This document shows, one piece after another, positions 48,360 through 58,067 of a stretch of 64,000 nucleotides of DNA. Numbering within the stretch: the stretch's first letter is position 1; each line of letters opens with the position of its first letter. The DNA is taken from assembly GCA_900617105.1 (NCBI GenBank), contig UYFQ01000506.1, positions 124,001-188,000 on the forward strand. Reading direction: 5' to 3'. The stretch comes from Hydrurus foetidus. Taxonomy: Eukaryota. The position numbers and the translations under genes are program-made. The notes beneath the pieces were generated by a model that worked only from the letters and a program-made list of their open reading frames with translations, was not told where the DNA came from and ran no database searches.

Positions 48360-49028
48360 TTGACGTTCTTTCCCAAACTGGTCGCCGCCACCGTCGAGGG
48401 GCAGCAGACCCTGGCCAGCGTGCCGCAGATCCAGGACGGTCTGACCGGCCAGATCTCACGCGAAACCTACATCGCCTATCTGACCGAAGCCTATCACCAC
48501 GTGAAGCACACGGTGCCGCTCATGCAGGCCGCCAAGGCGCGTCTCGACGACGCCCATGACCGCTTCCGTCATGCGCTCGACGAATACATCGCCGAGGAGA
48601 CCGGGCACGAGGAATGGATCCTCAACGACATCCGCAACTGCGGCGGCGATGCCGAAGCGGTGCGCAACGGCCAGCCGCGCGAGGCCACCCAGCGCATGGT
48701 CGATTTCGCCTACGACTACATCGCCCGGACCAATCCGATGGGCTTTTTCGGCATGGTCTTCGTGCTGGAGGGCACCAGCGTGCGCCTGGCCACCCAGGGC
48801 GCGGAGGCCGTGGCCAGGAACCTGAACCTGGGTCCCCAGTGCTTCAGCTATCTGACCTCGCACGGCTCGCTGGACATGGAGCATCTGGTGTTCTTCCAGA
48901 AGCTGATGGATGAGGTCGAAGACCCCGCCGACCAGGCGGCGATTGTCGAGGTCGCCGACGCGATCTTCGAGCGCTTCGCCAATGTCTTCCGCGCCATCCC
49001 CCATGACCGGGTGGTGGCCCATGTTTGA
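48360..49028 (+). CDS. Heme-oxygenase-like diiron (iron-containing redox) enzyme
   Basis: EAYHHVKHT, EETGHEEWIL, VLEGTS, SHGSLDMEH carboxylate/His ligand pattern. Confidence 0.85.
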   Translation: MTFFPKLVAATVEGQQTLASVPQIQDGLTGQISRETYIAYLTEAYHHVKHTVPLMQAAKARLDDAHDRFRHALDEYIAEETGHEEWILNDIRNCGGDAEAVRNGQPREATQRMVDFAYDYIARTNPMGFFGMVFVLEGTSVRLATQGAEAVARNLNLGPQCFSYLTSHGSLDMEHLVFFQKLMDEVEDPADQAAIVEVADAIFERFANVFRAIPHDRVVAHV

Positions 49029-49773
49029 GGACCAGACCATCCTGCTCACGGGCGGCTCGGGCGGACTGGGCTCGCTGATCTGCGCCCAGCTGATGGCCGA
49101 GGGCGCCCGCGTCATCGTGCTGGACCGCACGGCGCCGGCCGTCTGCTCGGGCTTCCTGCAGCATGATATCTCGACCGCCGCGGGCGTCGAGGCCGCCGCC
49201 GCAGCGATCGCCTCGCGGTCCTGGGACATCGTCGTCAACCTGGCCGGTATCCAGCATTTCGGCCCGTTCGAGCGCCAGACCCCCGAGCACCTTTTGGCCA
49301 GTTACATGGTCAACCTGGTCGCGCCGGTGCGGCTGACCCAGGCGGTCCTGCCCGGGATGAAGGCGCGGCGAAGCGGCCAGATCGTCAATGTCGGGTCGGT
49401 CTTCGGCTCGATCAACTTCGCCCACTTCGTCACCTATTCCAGCGCCAAGGCGGGCCTTCGCGGCTTCAGCCAGGCGCTGCGGCGCGAGCTGTCGGGCAGC
49501 GGGCTGGCGGTCACCTATGTGGCGCCGCGCGCGGTCAAGACGGCCCTGAACACGCCGGCGGTCATGGAGTTCGCCAAGTTGACCCAGATGAACATGGATC
49601 CGCCCGAGGAGATCGCCCGCCGCATCGTCAAGGCCATTCGTGGGCGGAAGAAGGATGTCTATTTCGGCTTTCCCGAGAGCCTGTTCGTCCGCCTCAACGC
49701 CATCTTTCCGCAACTGATTGATCGCGCCCTGTCGGCCAACGACCGCAAGGCCGCGCGGCTGTTCGCCAACTGA
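49021..49773 (+). CDS. Short-chain dehydrogenase/reductase
   Basis: TGGSGGLG, NLAG, NVGSVFG, YSSAK; ATG 49021 overlaps upstream gene. Confidence 0.93.
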   Translation: MFEDQTILLTGGSGGLGSLICAQLMAEGARVIVLDRTAPAVCSGFLQHDISTAAGVEAAAAAIASRSWDIVVNLAGIQHFGPFERQTPEHLLASYMVNLVAPVRLTQAVLPGMKARRSGQIVNVGSVFGSINFAHFVTYSSAKAGLRGFSQALRRELSGSGLAVTYVAPRAVKTALNTPAVMEFAKLTQMNMDPPEEIARRIVKAIRGRKKDVYFGFPESLFVRLNAIFPQLIDRALSANDRKAARLFAN

Positions 49774-49788
49774 TTGTCTGGAGCCCCC

Positions 49789-50451
49789 ATGAAGACGCTA
49801 TCGACCATCGTCATCGTCGCCGCGCTCGGCGCCCTGGCCCTGCCGGCCTTCGCCGGAGATTCCGCCTTTGACACTCGCATCGACGGCCTAGCCAAGACGT
49901 GGGCCCACGTGAACTACGAGGTGAAGGACAAGGCGGCCCAGGCGACTGAAGCTGCCCGGCTGGCCGCCGCCGCCGACGCCCTGGCCAAGCAATATCCAAA
50001 CCGCGCCGAGCCGTTGGTCTGGGAGGCGATTTCCACGGCGACCGAAGCCGGCGCCAAGGGCGGACTGGGCGGCTTGGCCCTGGCCAAAAGCGCGCGGGGC
50101 TTGCTGGAACGCGCCGAGAAGATCAACCCGGCCGCGCTCGGCGACGGCTCTATCTATACAAGCCTCGGCTCCCTCTATGCTCAGGTGCCCGGCTTCCCGG
50201 TCGGCTTCGGCGATCCGAAGAAGGCCCGCGCCTATCTCGGCAAGGCGCTGGCGGCCAATCCGCGCGGCGTCGACGCCAACTTCTTCCAGGGCGACTTCCT
50301 GATGCGGCAGGGCGACTATGCCGGCGCGGCCGCCGCTCTGGAACGCGCTGTCGCGGCGCCCGCCCGGCCCGATCGCGAGGTCGCCGATCGGGGACGCAAG
50401 GCGGAGGCGGCGGCGCTGCTGGCGGAGATCCGGCCAAGGTTGCGCGGGTAG
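49789..50451 (+). CDS. Exported TPR-like protein
   Basis: Signal peptide (AFA-GD), SLGSLYAQVPGFPVGFGD, helical Ala-rich repeats. Confidence 0.8.
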   Translation: MKTLSTIVIVAALGALALPAFAGDSAFDTRIDGLAKTWAHVNYEVKDKAAQATEAARLAAAADALAKQYPNRAEPLVWEAISTATEAGAKGGLGGLALAKSARGLLERAEKINPAALGDGSIYTSLGSLYAQVPGFPVGFGDPKKARAYLGKALAANPRGVDANFFQGDFLMRQGDYAGAAAALERAVAAPARPDREVADRGRKAEAAALLAEIRPRLRG

Positions 50452-50669
50452 CGACGATGTGTCGGCGGACCGGACATCCAGGGCCGCCGACCGACGAAGC
50501 GCGAAACGTTGGTCGGCCCCGCCGATCATTCCGTCTGACTCTCAGGATAGCGGCGCAAGCCTAACGTCCCCAAGTTTGGGCTGACAACGCCCCTAGGGCT
50601 CGCAAGGCCAGCCTGTCCCATCGCGCCCGGATGACGTATCAATGCCGCCTGGGCTCAGAGAGGAACGGC

Positions 50670-51546
50670 ATGAAGGACTGGGTGATCGGCGTCATGGGCG
50701 GTTCTGGCCTGTACGACCTGGACGGGTTGTCGGATCGGCAGACCCTCCGCCTGGAGTCGCCGTGGGGCGCGCCATCCGACGATCTGGTCACAGGAACTCT
50801 TGAAGGTTCGCCTGGTCTTCCTGCCGCGCCACGGCCAGGGCCATCGCATTCCGCCGGGCGCGATCAATGCCCGCGCCAATATCGATGTTCTGAAGCGGGC
50901 GGGCTGTACCGACCTTGTCTCGGTTTCGGCGGTCGGCTCGCTGCGGGAAGAGCTGCCGCCCGGAACTTTCGTCGTGGTCGATCAGTTCATCGACCGGACC
51001 GTCGCGCGGCCTGCCTCCTTCTTCGGCCCGGAAGTCGCCCACGTCTCGATGGCTGATCCGGTCTGTCCGAGCCTGTCGTCCGCAGCGGCGAACGCAGCGC
51101 GCACGGCGGGGGCCGTGACGGTCGAGGGCGGCGTCTATGTCGCCATCGAAGGCCCGCAGTTCTCGACCCGCGCTGAAAGTGAGCTCTACCGCGCCTGGGG
51201 ATGTTCGGTCGTCGGCATGACGGCGATGCCCGAGGCCCGCCTGGCCCGTGAGGCCGAGTTGCCCTATGCCAGTGTTTGCATGGTCACCGACTATGACTGC
51301 TGGCGAGCCGATACGGCCCATGTCGAGGTCGCCGGGATCCTGGCCACCATGAAGGCCAATGCCGAGGCGGCGCGGCGGATGCTGACCGAACTGGCGCGCG
51401 GCCTGCCGCAGGCCCGGACGGCCTCACCGATCGACACAGGCCTCGACTATGCCGTCGTTACCGATCCGGCGTCATGGGATCCGGTGCTGGCAGGCAAGCT
51501 GGCGGGGATCTGCCCCAGACGGTTCAGCCCCGGCGCGATTGGCTGA
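50670..51546 (+). CDS. mtnP: S-methyl-5'-thioadenosine phosphorylase (frameshift near 50805)
   Basis: IGVMGGSGLY, FLPRHG.GH, SAVGSL, DQFIDRT, EGPQFSTRAES, VGMT, VTDYDCW. Confidence 0.92.
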
Positions 51547-52122
51547 GATAGCGCCGAAGCGACGCTCCGTCATCGACGTCCTCCTGTACCCTTAGCAGGC
51601 GACCGGGCGGGTCTCCATGTTGGCGAGGGTGTCGGCCAGGGCGTGTTGGGTCGACCAGCGGACGCCCTCAAACGGCAGATGCATCCGTGGCCGACGGCGA
51701 AGACCGATCAGCCAATAGCCGCCGTCACGGGCCGGGCCAAACACGGCGTCGTGGTTGCCGAGCGCAGCGAAGGCCTTGGCGACGTCCTGACGTGTCACGG
51801 TCGGGGTGTCGGCGCCGAGGATGACCACGGATCCGCGCGGCAGGGCGCGGACGACCCGTTCCAGCTTCTCGCCCAGATGGCCTGGTCCCTGGCGATCACG
51901 CGCCGGCGCGGCCCAGTCCGTCGGCCGGTCCGGTGAAACGGCCATCCATAGGGTCCATCGCGGATCGCGGCCCAGGGTGCGACGCAGACGCGCCAGGGCC
52001 GCACGAGCGAACCGCACAGCCTCCAGGTCCCCGACATCTGCGGCGAGCCGGCGCTTGCCCACGCCGTAACGCGGCTGCCGGCTGAACAGCACCAGATGCT
52101 GCTGGGTTGGATCAGCGCCCAT
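51524..52122 (-). CDS. DUF2064/TIGR04282-like CofC-like transferase (rSAM-associated; frameshift near 51595)
   Basis: FSRQPRYGVGKRRLA, QGPGHLGEKL, ILGADTP, FGPARDGGYWLIG, VRWST, EDVDD in the shifted frame. Confidence 0.88.
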
Positions 52123-52803
52123 ACAGCGTCGCAATCCGGGCGGGGCGACGCCCAGGAAATAGAGCGCCAGGCAGCGCAGGTTCAGGGCGCTCTGGCGAAC
52201 CCAGCCGCGGCGACGCCAGCGCTCGGCCGAGGTCAGGGCGGAACCGTCCAGCCGGCGAAGACGGTGGCGACCAAGGCGGCGGGCGAGATCGACATCTTCC
52301 ATCAGGGGCAGGGCGGCAAATCCCCCGACCTCGGCATAGAGGTCGCGATGGATCAGAAGCCCTTGGTCGCCATAGGGCAGGGCCAGGAAGGCGACCCTGA
52401 GGCTGACGCCCCATTCCAGCAGCCGAGCCTGCCAGGCGGAGTCGTCGAGCTTGAACTTGAAGGCTCCAGCCCATCCCCGTCTTTTAGGGTCGGCGATATG
52501 GTTCGCCAGAGCCGCCCAGGCGGGCCCGTCAAGCCGGGTGTCGGCGTGCAGGAACAGCAGCCATGGACTGCTGGCGGCGTCGGCGCCGAGGGCGAGCTGA
52601 TGGCCGCGCCCCGGGACAGAGTGAAGGACCCGCGCGCCATGGGCGGCGGCGCGGGCGACGGTGTCATCGACGGAGCCGCCATCCACGACAATCACCTCAC
52701 CCACCGCAGGCAGGGTGACCAGGGTCTGGGCCAGGCGTTCGCCGGCATTGAGCACGGGCAGGATCACGGCAAGGTCATCCAGCCCAGGGCCAGGTGATGT
52801 CAT
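52112..52803 (-). CDS. TIGR04283-like family 2 glycosyltransferase (rSAM-associated; frameshift near 52145)
   Basis: ILPVLN, VVDGGSVD, GRGHQL, LFLHADT, LPYGDQG, PLMEDV, TSAERW. Confidence 0.9.
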
Positions 52804-53776
52804 GGCGCGCTGCAGCTGGCGCCGCCCAGGACGCAAAACTGGGCACAGAAAGGATGGTTCAGCTGAACGGCGCCGGAGGCCTGCGCCAGGGTCTGGCCCA
52901 GTTCGAACTGGGGATCGTATGGCGTCAGGGTGCAGGCGACGACGGCGGGCTCGGCCGCGTCCTTGCGGCGCACGACCATGCGGCTTGTGGCGCACATCAT
53001 CTGTTCGGGCGCCCGGTCGAGAATTTGCCAGCAGGCCTCGGTGATCTCCGGCACGGCCCGGTCCGCTTCCATCTCGGGAAACAGCACCAGGGTCGACCGG
53101 TCCTCGGCGTCGACGGCCAGGCCGCGCGCGAGAAAAAGGTCGCCATAGGCCTGCCGGGCGGCGGGCTCGCTCTCTTCGGCCAGTCGACGACCGGCGATCG
53201 CGACACGAAGGCCTTGGTCGCGCAGCCAGTCCAGACCCTCCCAGGCCTTGTCCCAGGATCCCGTCCCGCGCTCGGCGTCGTGGACTGCCTGGGTGTGGTG
53301 GTCGAGGCTGACGCGAAAGGTCAGACGATCGCGATGCGGCCTCGCCAGATCGCTCAGGCGCGCGCCCCACCGCAGCATCGGGCGCATGGCGTTGGTCAGG
53401 ACCAGAACCTGATGGCCCGCACCGAGGGCGGCGTCGAGCATGGCCAGGATGTCCGGGTTCATGAACGGCTCGCCGCCGGTAAAGCCGATCTCGCGGGTGG
53501 GCAGGCCGGCCTCGGCAATTTCGGCGAGATAGCGGGTGACGTCTTCCAGGCTCAGATAGGCCAGGGCGTCATTGGTCGGTGAACTCTCGATATAGCAATT
53601 GACGCAGGCGATGTTGCACAGGGTCCCGGTGTTGAACCACAGGGTTTCCAGCTTGGTCTGAGCGACCCAGGCGCGGGGCGATCCATCCGCCGTGACGAAA
53701 GGATCCACGAAGCGGCCGGGCCGGCGGCGGCGCGATGGGTTGCGAAGGGCGAGGCGGTCGTCGTCATGGCGTCCAT
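52800..53776 (-). CDS. Radical SAM protein with Cys-rich C-terminus (ArsS-related); start approximate
   Basis: CNIACVNC cluster motif, FTGGEP, LTN, MCATSRM, ACTL, HPFCAQFCVLGGASCS. Confidence 0.88.
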
Positions 53777-53929
53777 TGTGTCAGTTTCGGGCCGTTCGTC
53801 CCAGCGCCGAGCGGGACCACCCACCAGATTCGGCCCAAGCGGTGCAAAGGTTTCATTGGCCGCCCGGAAATCGAACTCTGGCGTCCTGGCGAGGTTCGTG
53901 GAACGGTCGCGATACACAGGAGAACCATC

Positions 53930-54743
53930 ATGCTGACGCGATCGAAATTCGCCGATAGCCCTGACCTTGTCCCTGCTGGTCCCCGTCTGGTTCCTGGTCT
54001 CCGCCCTGGGGGTGAAGTTTGGCCTCTGGTCCTGGCGTATCGGGCTTGGCGTGCTGATCATACAGTGGGGACCGCGTCTGCTGCTGGCCACGGCCGTGAT
54101 CGCCCTCGTCGCCCTGATCCTGGTCTTGATCCGCCGTCCCCGGGCCGCATGGGCGGCGGCGCTGGTCGCCCTGCTCATCCCCGCGACCGGTCTGGGTTAT
54201 CTGGGCTGGGTGCGGGCCCAGGCTGCCGATATCCCGCCGATCCACGACGTGGCCACCGACATCGCCGATCCGCCGGCTCCGGGCCCGGCCCTGCTGTCCA
54301 TCCGGACGGCGGCGGAGGCCAATCCCGTGGCGGACCTGAGGGCGCCCCTGATCGCCGCAGACCCCTATCGCGATCCGCGATTCGCCAAATATGGCAGCAA
54401 GAGCCTGGGGCAGGTCGGCCATGAGGCCTATCCGGGGCTGCGGACGGCCGCGTTCGACGAGGCACCGACGAAGGCTTTCGCCGCAGCGCTCAAGGCGGCC
54501 CAGGGCATGGGCTGGACCGTGGTGACCCAGGACCCGCAGGCCGGCGTGATCGAGGCGACGGCGGGGACCTTCTGGTTCGGTTTCAAGGATGATGTCGTCG
54601 TGCGGGTGCGTTCGGGCGCCGAGGGGCAGGGCTCCAGGGTCGATGTGCGATCCATCTCGCGCGTCGGGTTGAGCGATCTGGGCGCCAACGCCAAGCGCAT
54701 TGAAACCTATCTGGCGCGGGTTTCGGCAGGTCTGAAAACCTGA
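53930..54743 (+). CDS. DUF1499-containing membrane protein
   Basis: N-terminal TM helices, PPIHDVATD, IEATAGTFWFGFKDDVVVRV, RVDVRSISRVGLSDLGANAKRI. Confidence 0.88.
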
Positions 54744-54795
54744 GGCGCGCGCCACGCCAGGGCGTCTCTTTCTGCTGTCTCAAGGCGCGGCGCGC

Positions 54796-55909
54796 GTGAC
54801 GGCGCGGTCGGTGACCCTGGTCGGGGCGGGCCACGCGCATCTGCACGTCGTGCGGCAAGCCGCCCAGCTACGGGCCGCAGGGCTGACGGTGACGCTGATC
54901 GCGCCCGAGCTGTTTCACTATTCGGGGCTGGCCAGCGGCGTGCTCTCCGGCGCGCTGGCGCTGGATGAGGCCCAGATCGATGTGGCGGCCCTGGCGGCGG
55001 CATTCGGCGTCCGCCATCTGGCCCAGTCCGTCGTGGCGGTCGATCGTGCGGCACGCATCCTGACCCTGGCCGATGGCAAGACCGAACCCTATGACTGCCT
55101 TTCGCTGAACATCGGCAGCGTGGCCGCTGATCCTCACGGCCTGATCGGCGGCCCCGGGGTCTGGCCGGTCAAACCTCTGTCGCAGCTGTTGACCCTTCGC
55201 GCCCGGATCGAGGCACAGGCGGCGGCGGGGGCAGCGGCCCCGCGGATCGTGGTCGCGGGGGGCGGCCATAGCGCGCTGGAACTCGCCGCCAGCCTCTGCG
55301 GTCTGGTCGAGCGGGTGACGGACGGCCCCAGGTCACGGTGATCGCGCCCCGCCACGGGGGCGGCCTTCCGCCTGGTCCCGGCTGTCAGCGGCGCTGATGG
55401 AGCGGGGGGGCGTTTTTCGGTCCGGCCTTGTCGTGGCGAGAGCTGTCGACAGCGTTCGACTGGCCGATGGCGCGCTCGAGCCCTGTGACATCCTGGTGCT
55501 GGCGGCCGGGCTTTCAGCCCCGCCGCTGATCGGCGAACTCGGACTGCCGCTGGACGGACAGGGTCGGCTGCGGGTCTCGCCGACCCTGCAGGCCATCGGC
55601 GATCCCGCCGTCTTCGCCGTCGGGGACTGCGCCGTGATCGAGGGCTACCTGCGGCCAGCGGCTGGCGTTTTCGGCGTTCGCGCTGCGCCGGTTCTGCTCA
55701 ACAACCTGGCGGCCCAGGGTGACGACCGGCCCACCCGGCCCTACCACCCGCAGACCCGCTGGCTGTCGATCATGGATCTGGGCGATGGTCGGGGCCTGGC
55801 GGTGCGCGGCCGGCTCTGGCTACTGGGCCGGGCCGCGCTGTGGTTGAAGCGTTATCTCGATCTCGGCTTTATCCGGCGCATGCGGGCGCCGCCGGCTTCA
55901 AGACCCTAG
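54796..55909 (+). CDS. FAD-dependent oxidoreductase similar to the N-terminal domain of SelD fusions (frameshift near 55350)
   Basis: LVGAGHAH, HYSG, YDCLSLNIGS, PVKP, VFAVGDCA, AGVFGVR..PVL, WLKRYLDLGF. Confidence 0.8.
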
Positions 55910-55937
55910 CGACAGCCGCGCGGTCGCCGCCCTTCCC

Positions 55938-57357
55938 TCAGGCGAAATGCTTCAGGATTGCCACCAGCCTGCGTGTGCGGTCAGAGAACAGCGCCGGGGT
56001 GTACCATTGGCCGGCCAGACGCTTGCCGATCTCGCCCCGGGTGGGATAGGGCGCGATCATGCTGGTGATCTGGCTGAGCTTGAGCCCCGCCGACATCACC
56101 AGAGACCACAGATGGATATGGTCGCCGGCCTGACGGCCCACGAGCGTGACGCCGAGGATCTTGCCCTTTTTCGTCGTGATCAGCTTGCCGAAGCCACGCG
56201 TGTCGCCTTCGGCTATGGCCCGGTCATTTTCAGCAAAGTCAAAGTGCTCGATGCGCAGGTCATCGCCATGGATCGCGCGAGCCTCGGACTCGCCCAGCCC
56301 GATGGCGGCCAGTTGCGGATCGCAATAGGTGACCCGGGGCGTGTGCAGGGCGTCGGCATTGACGGGCAGGGCGAAGACCGCCCGGCGCACTACCAGCGAG
56401 GCGTGCGCGCCGGCCAGGCGTGAACTGCCCGCGACCGGCGGCGTCGCCGACCGCATAGACGCGCCGGTTGCTGCTGAGCAGGGACTTGTCGGTGATGATG
56501 CCGTTGCGGTCAGTCTCGACGCCCGCCTTGTCGAGATCCAATCCGCTCAGGGCCGGGCGACGCCCGACGGCGACCAGAAGGTGCGAGCCCGTGACCGTGC
56601 GGGTCTGGCCATTGGTCTCCACCTCAACCACGGGACCGGACGCGATCCGCGTGGCCCTGCAGCCGGTCATGACCTCGACGCCGTCTGCGCGGAGCTGGGC
56701 CAGAACCACAGCGGCGGCCGCCGGGTCTTCGCGTCCCAGCAGGGCATTGGCCTCGATGATCACCACCTCCGAGCCCAGGCGGCGGAAAGCCTGGCCGAGC
56801 TCGACGCCGATCGGGCCGCCGCCCAGCACGATCAGGCGTTCGGGCAGGGTCGTCAGGCCAAACAGGGTTTCATTGGTCAGGTAGGGGACGGCGTCGAGGC
56901 CGGGTATGGGCGGCACGGCGGCATGGGAGCCGGTGGCCACGATGATCTTTCGCGCCCTGACGCGCACGCTGTTGCTGACGACGGTGCGTTCGTCGACGAA
57001 GCGGGCGGCCTCGCGCACCACCTGCACGCCCAGCCCTTCGAAGCGCGCCTGACTGTCATTGGGCGCGATGGCCGCGATGGCGGCGTGGACATGGGCCATG
57101 ACCTTGGAGAAGTCGATCGACACCTCGCCGACCCGGATGCCGAGCGCCGAGGCAGCGTGAGCCTGATGGGCGGCTTCGGCGGCTGCGATCAGCGCCTTTG
57201 AGGGAACGCAGCCATAGTTGAGGCAGTCGCCGCCCATTTCCCCCTTTTCAAACAGCACCACCTTGAGGCCCAGTTGAGCGGCCCCGGCAGCGACGGACAG
57301 GCCGCCCGAGCCCGCCCCGATGACGGCCATGTCGACCTTGAGGGTTTTGGAGGTCAC
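55938..57357 (-). CDS. Class I pyridine nucleotide-disulfide oxidoreductase (MerA/Lpd-like; frameshift near 56420)
   Basis: GAGSGG, GGDCLNYGCVPSK, GGGPIG, AVGD, PYPTRGE; no C-terminal Cys-Cys. Confidence 0.9.
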
Positions 57358-58067
57358 AGGGCTTTTCCGGTTCTGGCGCGGCGGCGTTGATAGAGGGTGG
57401 TGCCCAGCGACAGCAGGCCCAGCCCGATCAGGGGCAGGAGGACGCGGGGCTCGAAAATCGCTCCGGCGTTCGGCGTTTCGCCGCGGGCGATCAGATCGCC
57501 GATCCCGGCGCCGATGCCGCTATAGATGAAGGTGGCGGGCATGATGCCCAGGAAGGTGGCCAAGGCATAGGCCCGCAGCGGCGCATGGGCCAGGGCGGCA
57601 GCGATATTGACCAACCAGAAGGGAGCCAGAGGCACCAGCCTGAGCGTCAGGATATAGCCGAAGGCCCCGGCCTGAACGCCATCGATGACGGCTTTGAGCG
57701 TGCCACCTGAGGCCTCTGCGCGTCGGCGCAACACCTCGCCCAGCGAGGTGCGGACCGCATAGAACACCAGAACAGCCCCGATCGTGGCCCCGACCACGCA
57801 CGCGCCGCCGATCCAGGGACCAAACAGATAGCCGCCCGTGAGGGTCAGGACCAGGCCCCCGGGAAGGCTGATCGCCGTGGCCACGGCATAGACGGCCATG
57901 AAGCTGAGCAGGGCCAGGATCAGGTGTTCGCCGACAAAGGCTCGCAAGGCCGCCTCATGAGTCCGCAGCGCCTCGAAATTGAGGTAGCGGGTCACCCCGC
58001 TGGCAAACACGGCGACTACCAACACCGCGAGAAGCAGCAAGGGAAGAAAGCGTCTCAGCAGGCTCAT
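57354..58067 (-). CDS. TVP38/TMEM64 (DedA-like) membrane protein
   Basis: LPGGLVLTLTGGYLFG, LRLVPLAPFWLVN, TFLGIMPAT. Confidence 0.9.
   Translation of the reverse strand: MSLLRRFLPLLLLAVLVVAVFASGVTRYLNFEALRTHEAALRAFVGEHLILALLSFMAVYAVATAISLPGGLVLTLTGGYLFGPWIGGACVVGATIGAVLVFYAVRTSLGEVLRRRAEASGGTLKAVIDGVQAGAFGYILTLRLVPLAPFWLVNIAAALAHAPLRAYALATFLGIMPATFIYSGIGAGIGDLIARGETPNAGAIFEPRVLLPLIGLGLLSLGTTLYQRRRARTGKAL

Noticed and set aside
52797..52830. Selenocysteine read-through at the radical SAM TGA
   Set aside because: The tail GASCS uses a Cys codon, and the TGA overlaps the next ATG (ordinary translational coupling)
51592..53370. 592-aa ORF suggesting a GT2-DUF2064 fusion
   Set aside because: GT2 has its own terminus (LYGR*, 52112) in another frame overlapping the DUF2064 ATG; the long N-terminus is an off-frame reading of the rSAM gene
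55938..57357. Mercuric reductase merA
   Set aside because: No C-terminal Cys-Cys pair, no N-terminal metal-binding domain, and no merR/merT/merP nearby
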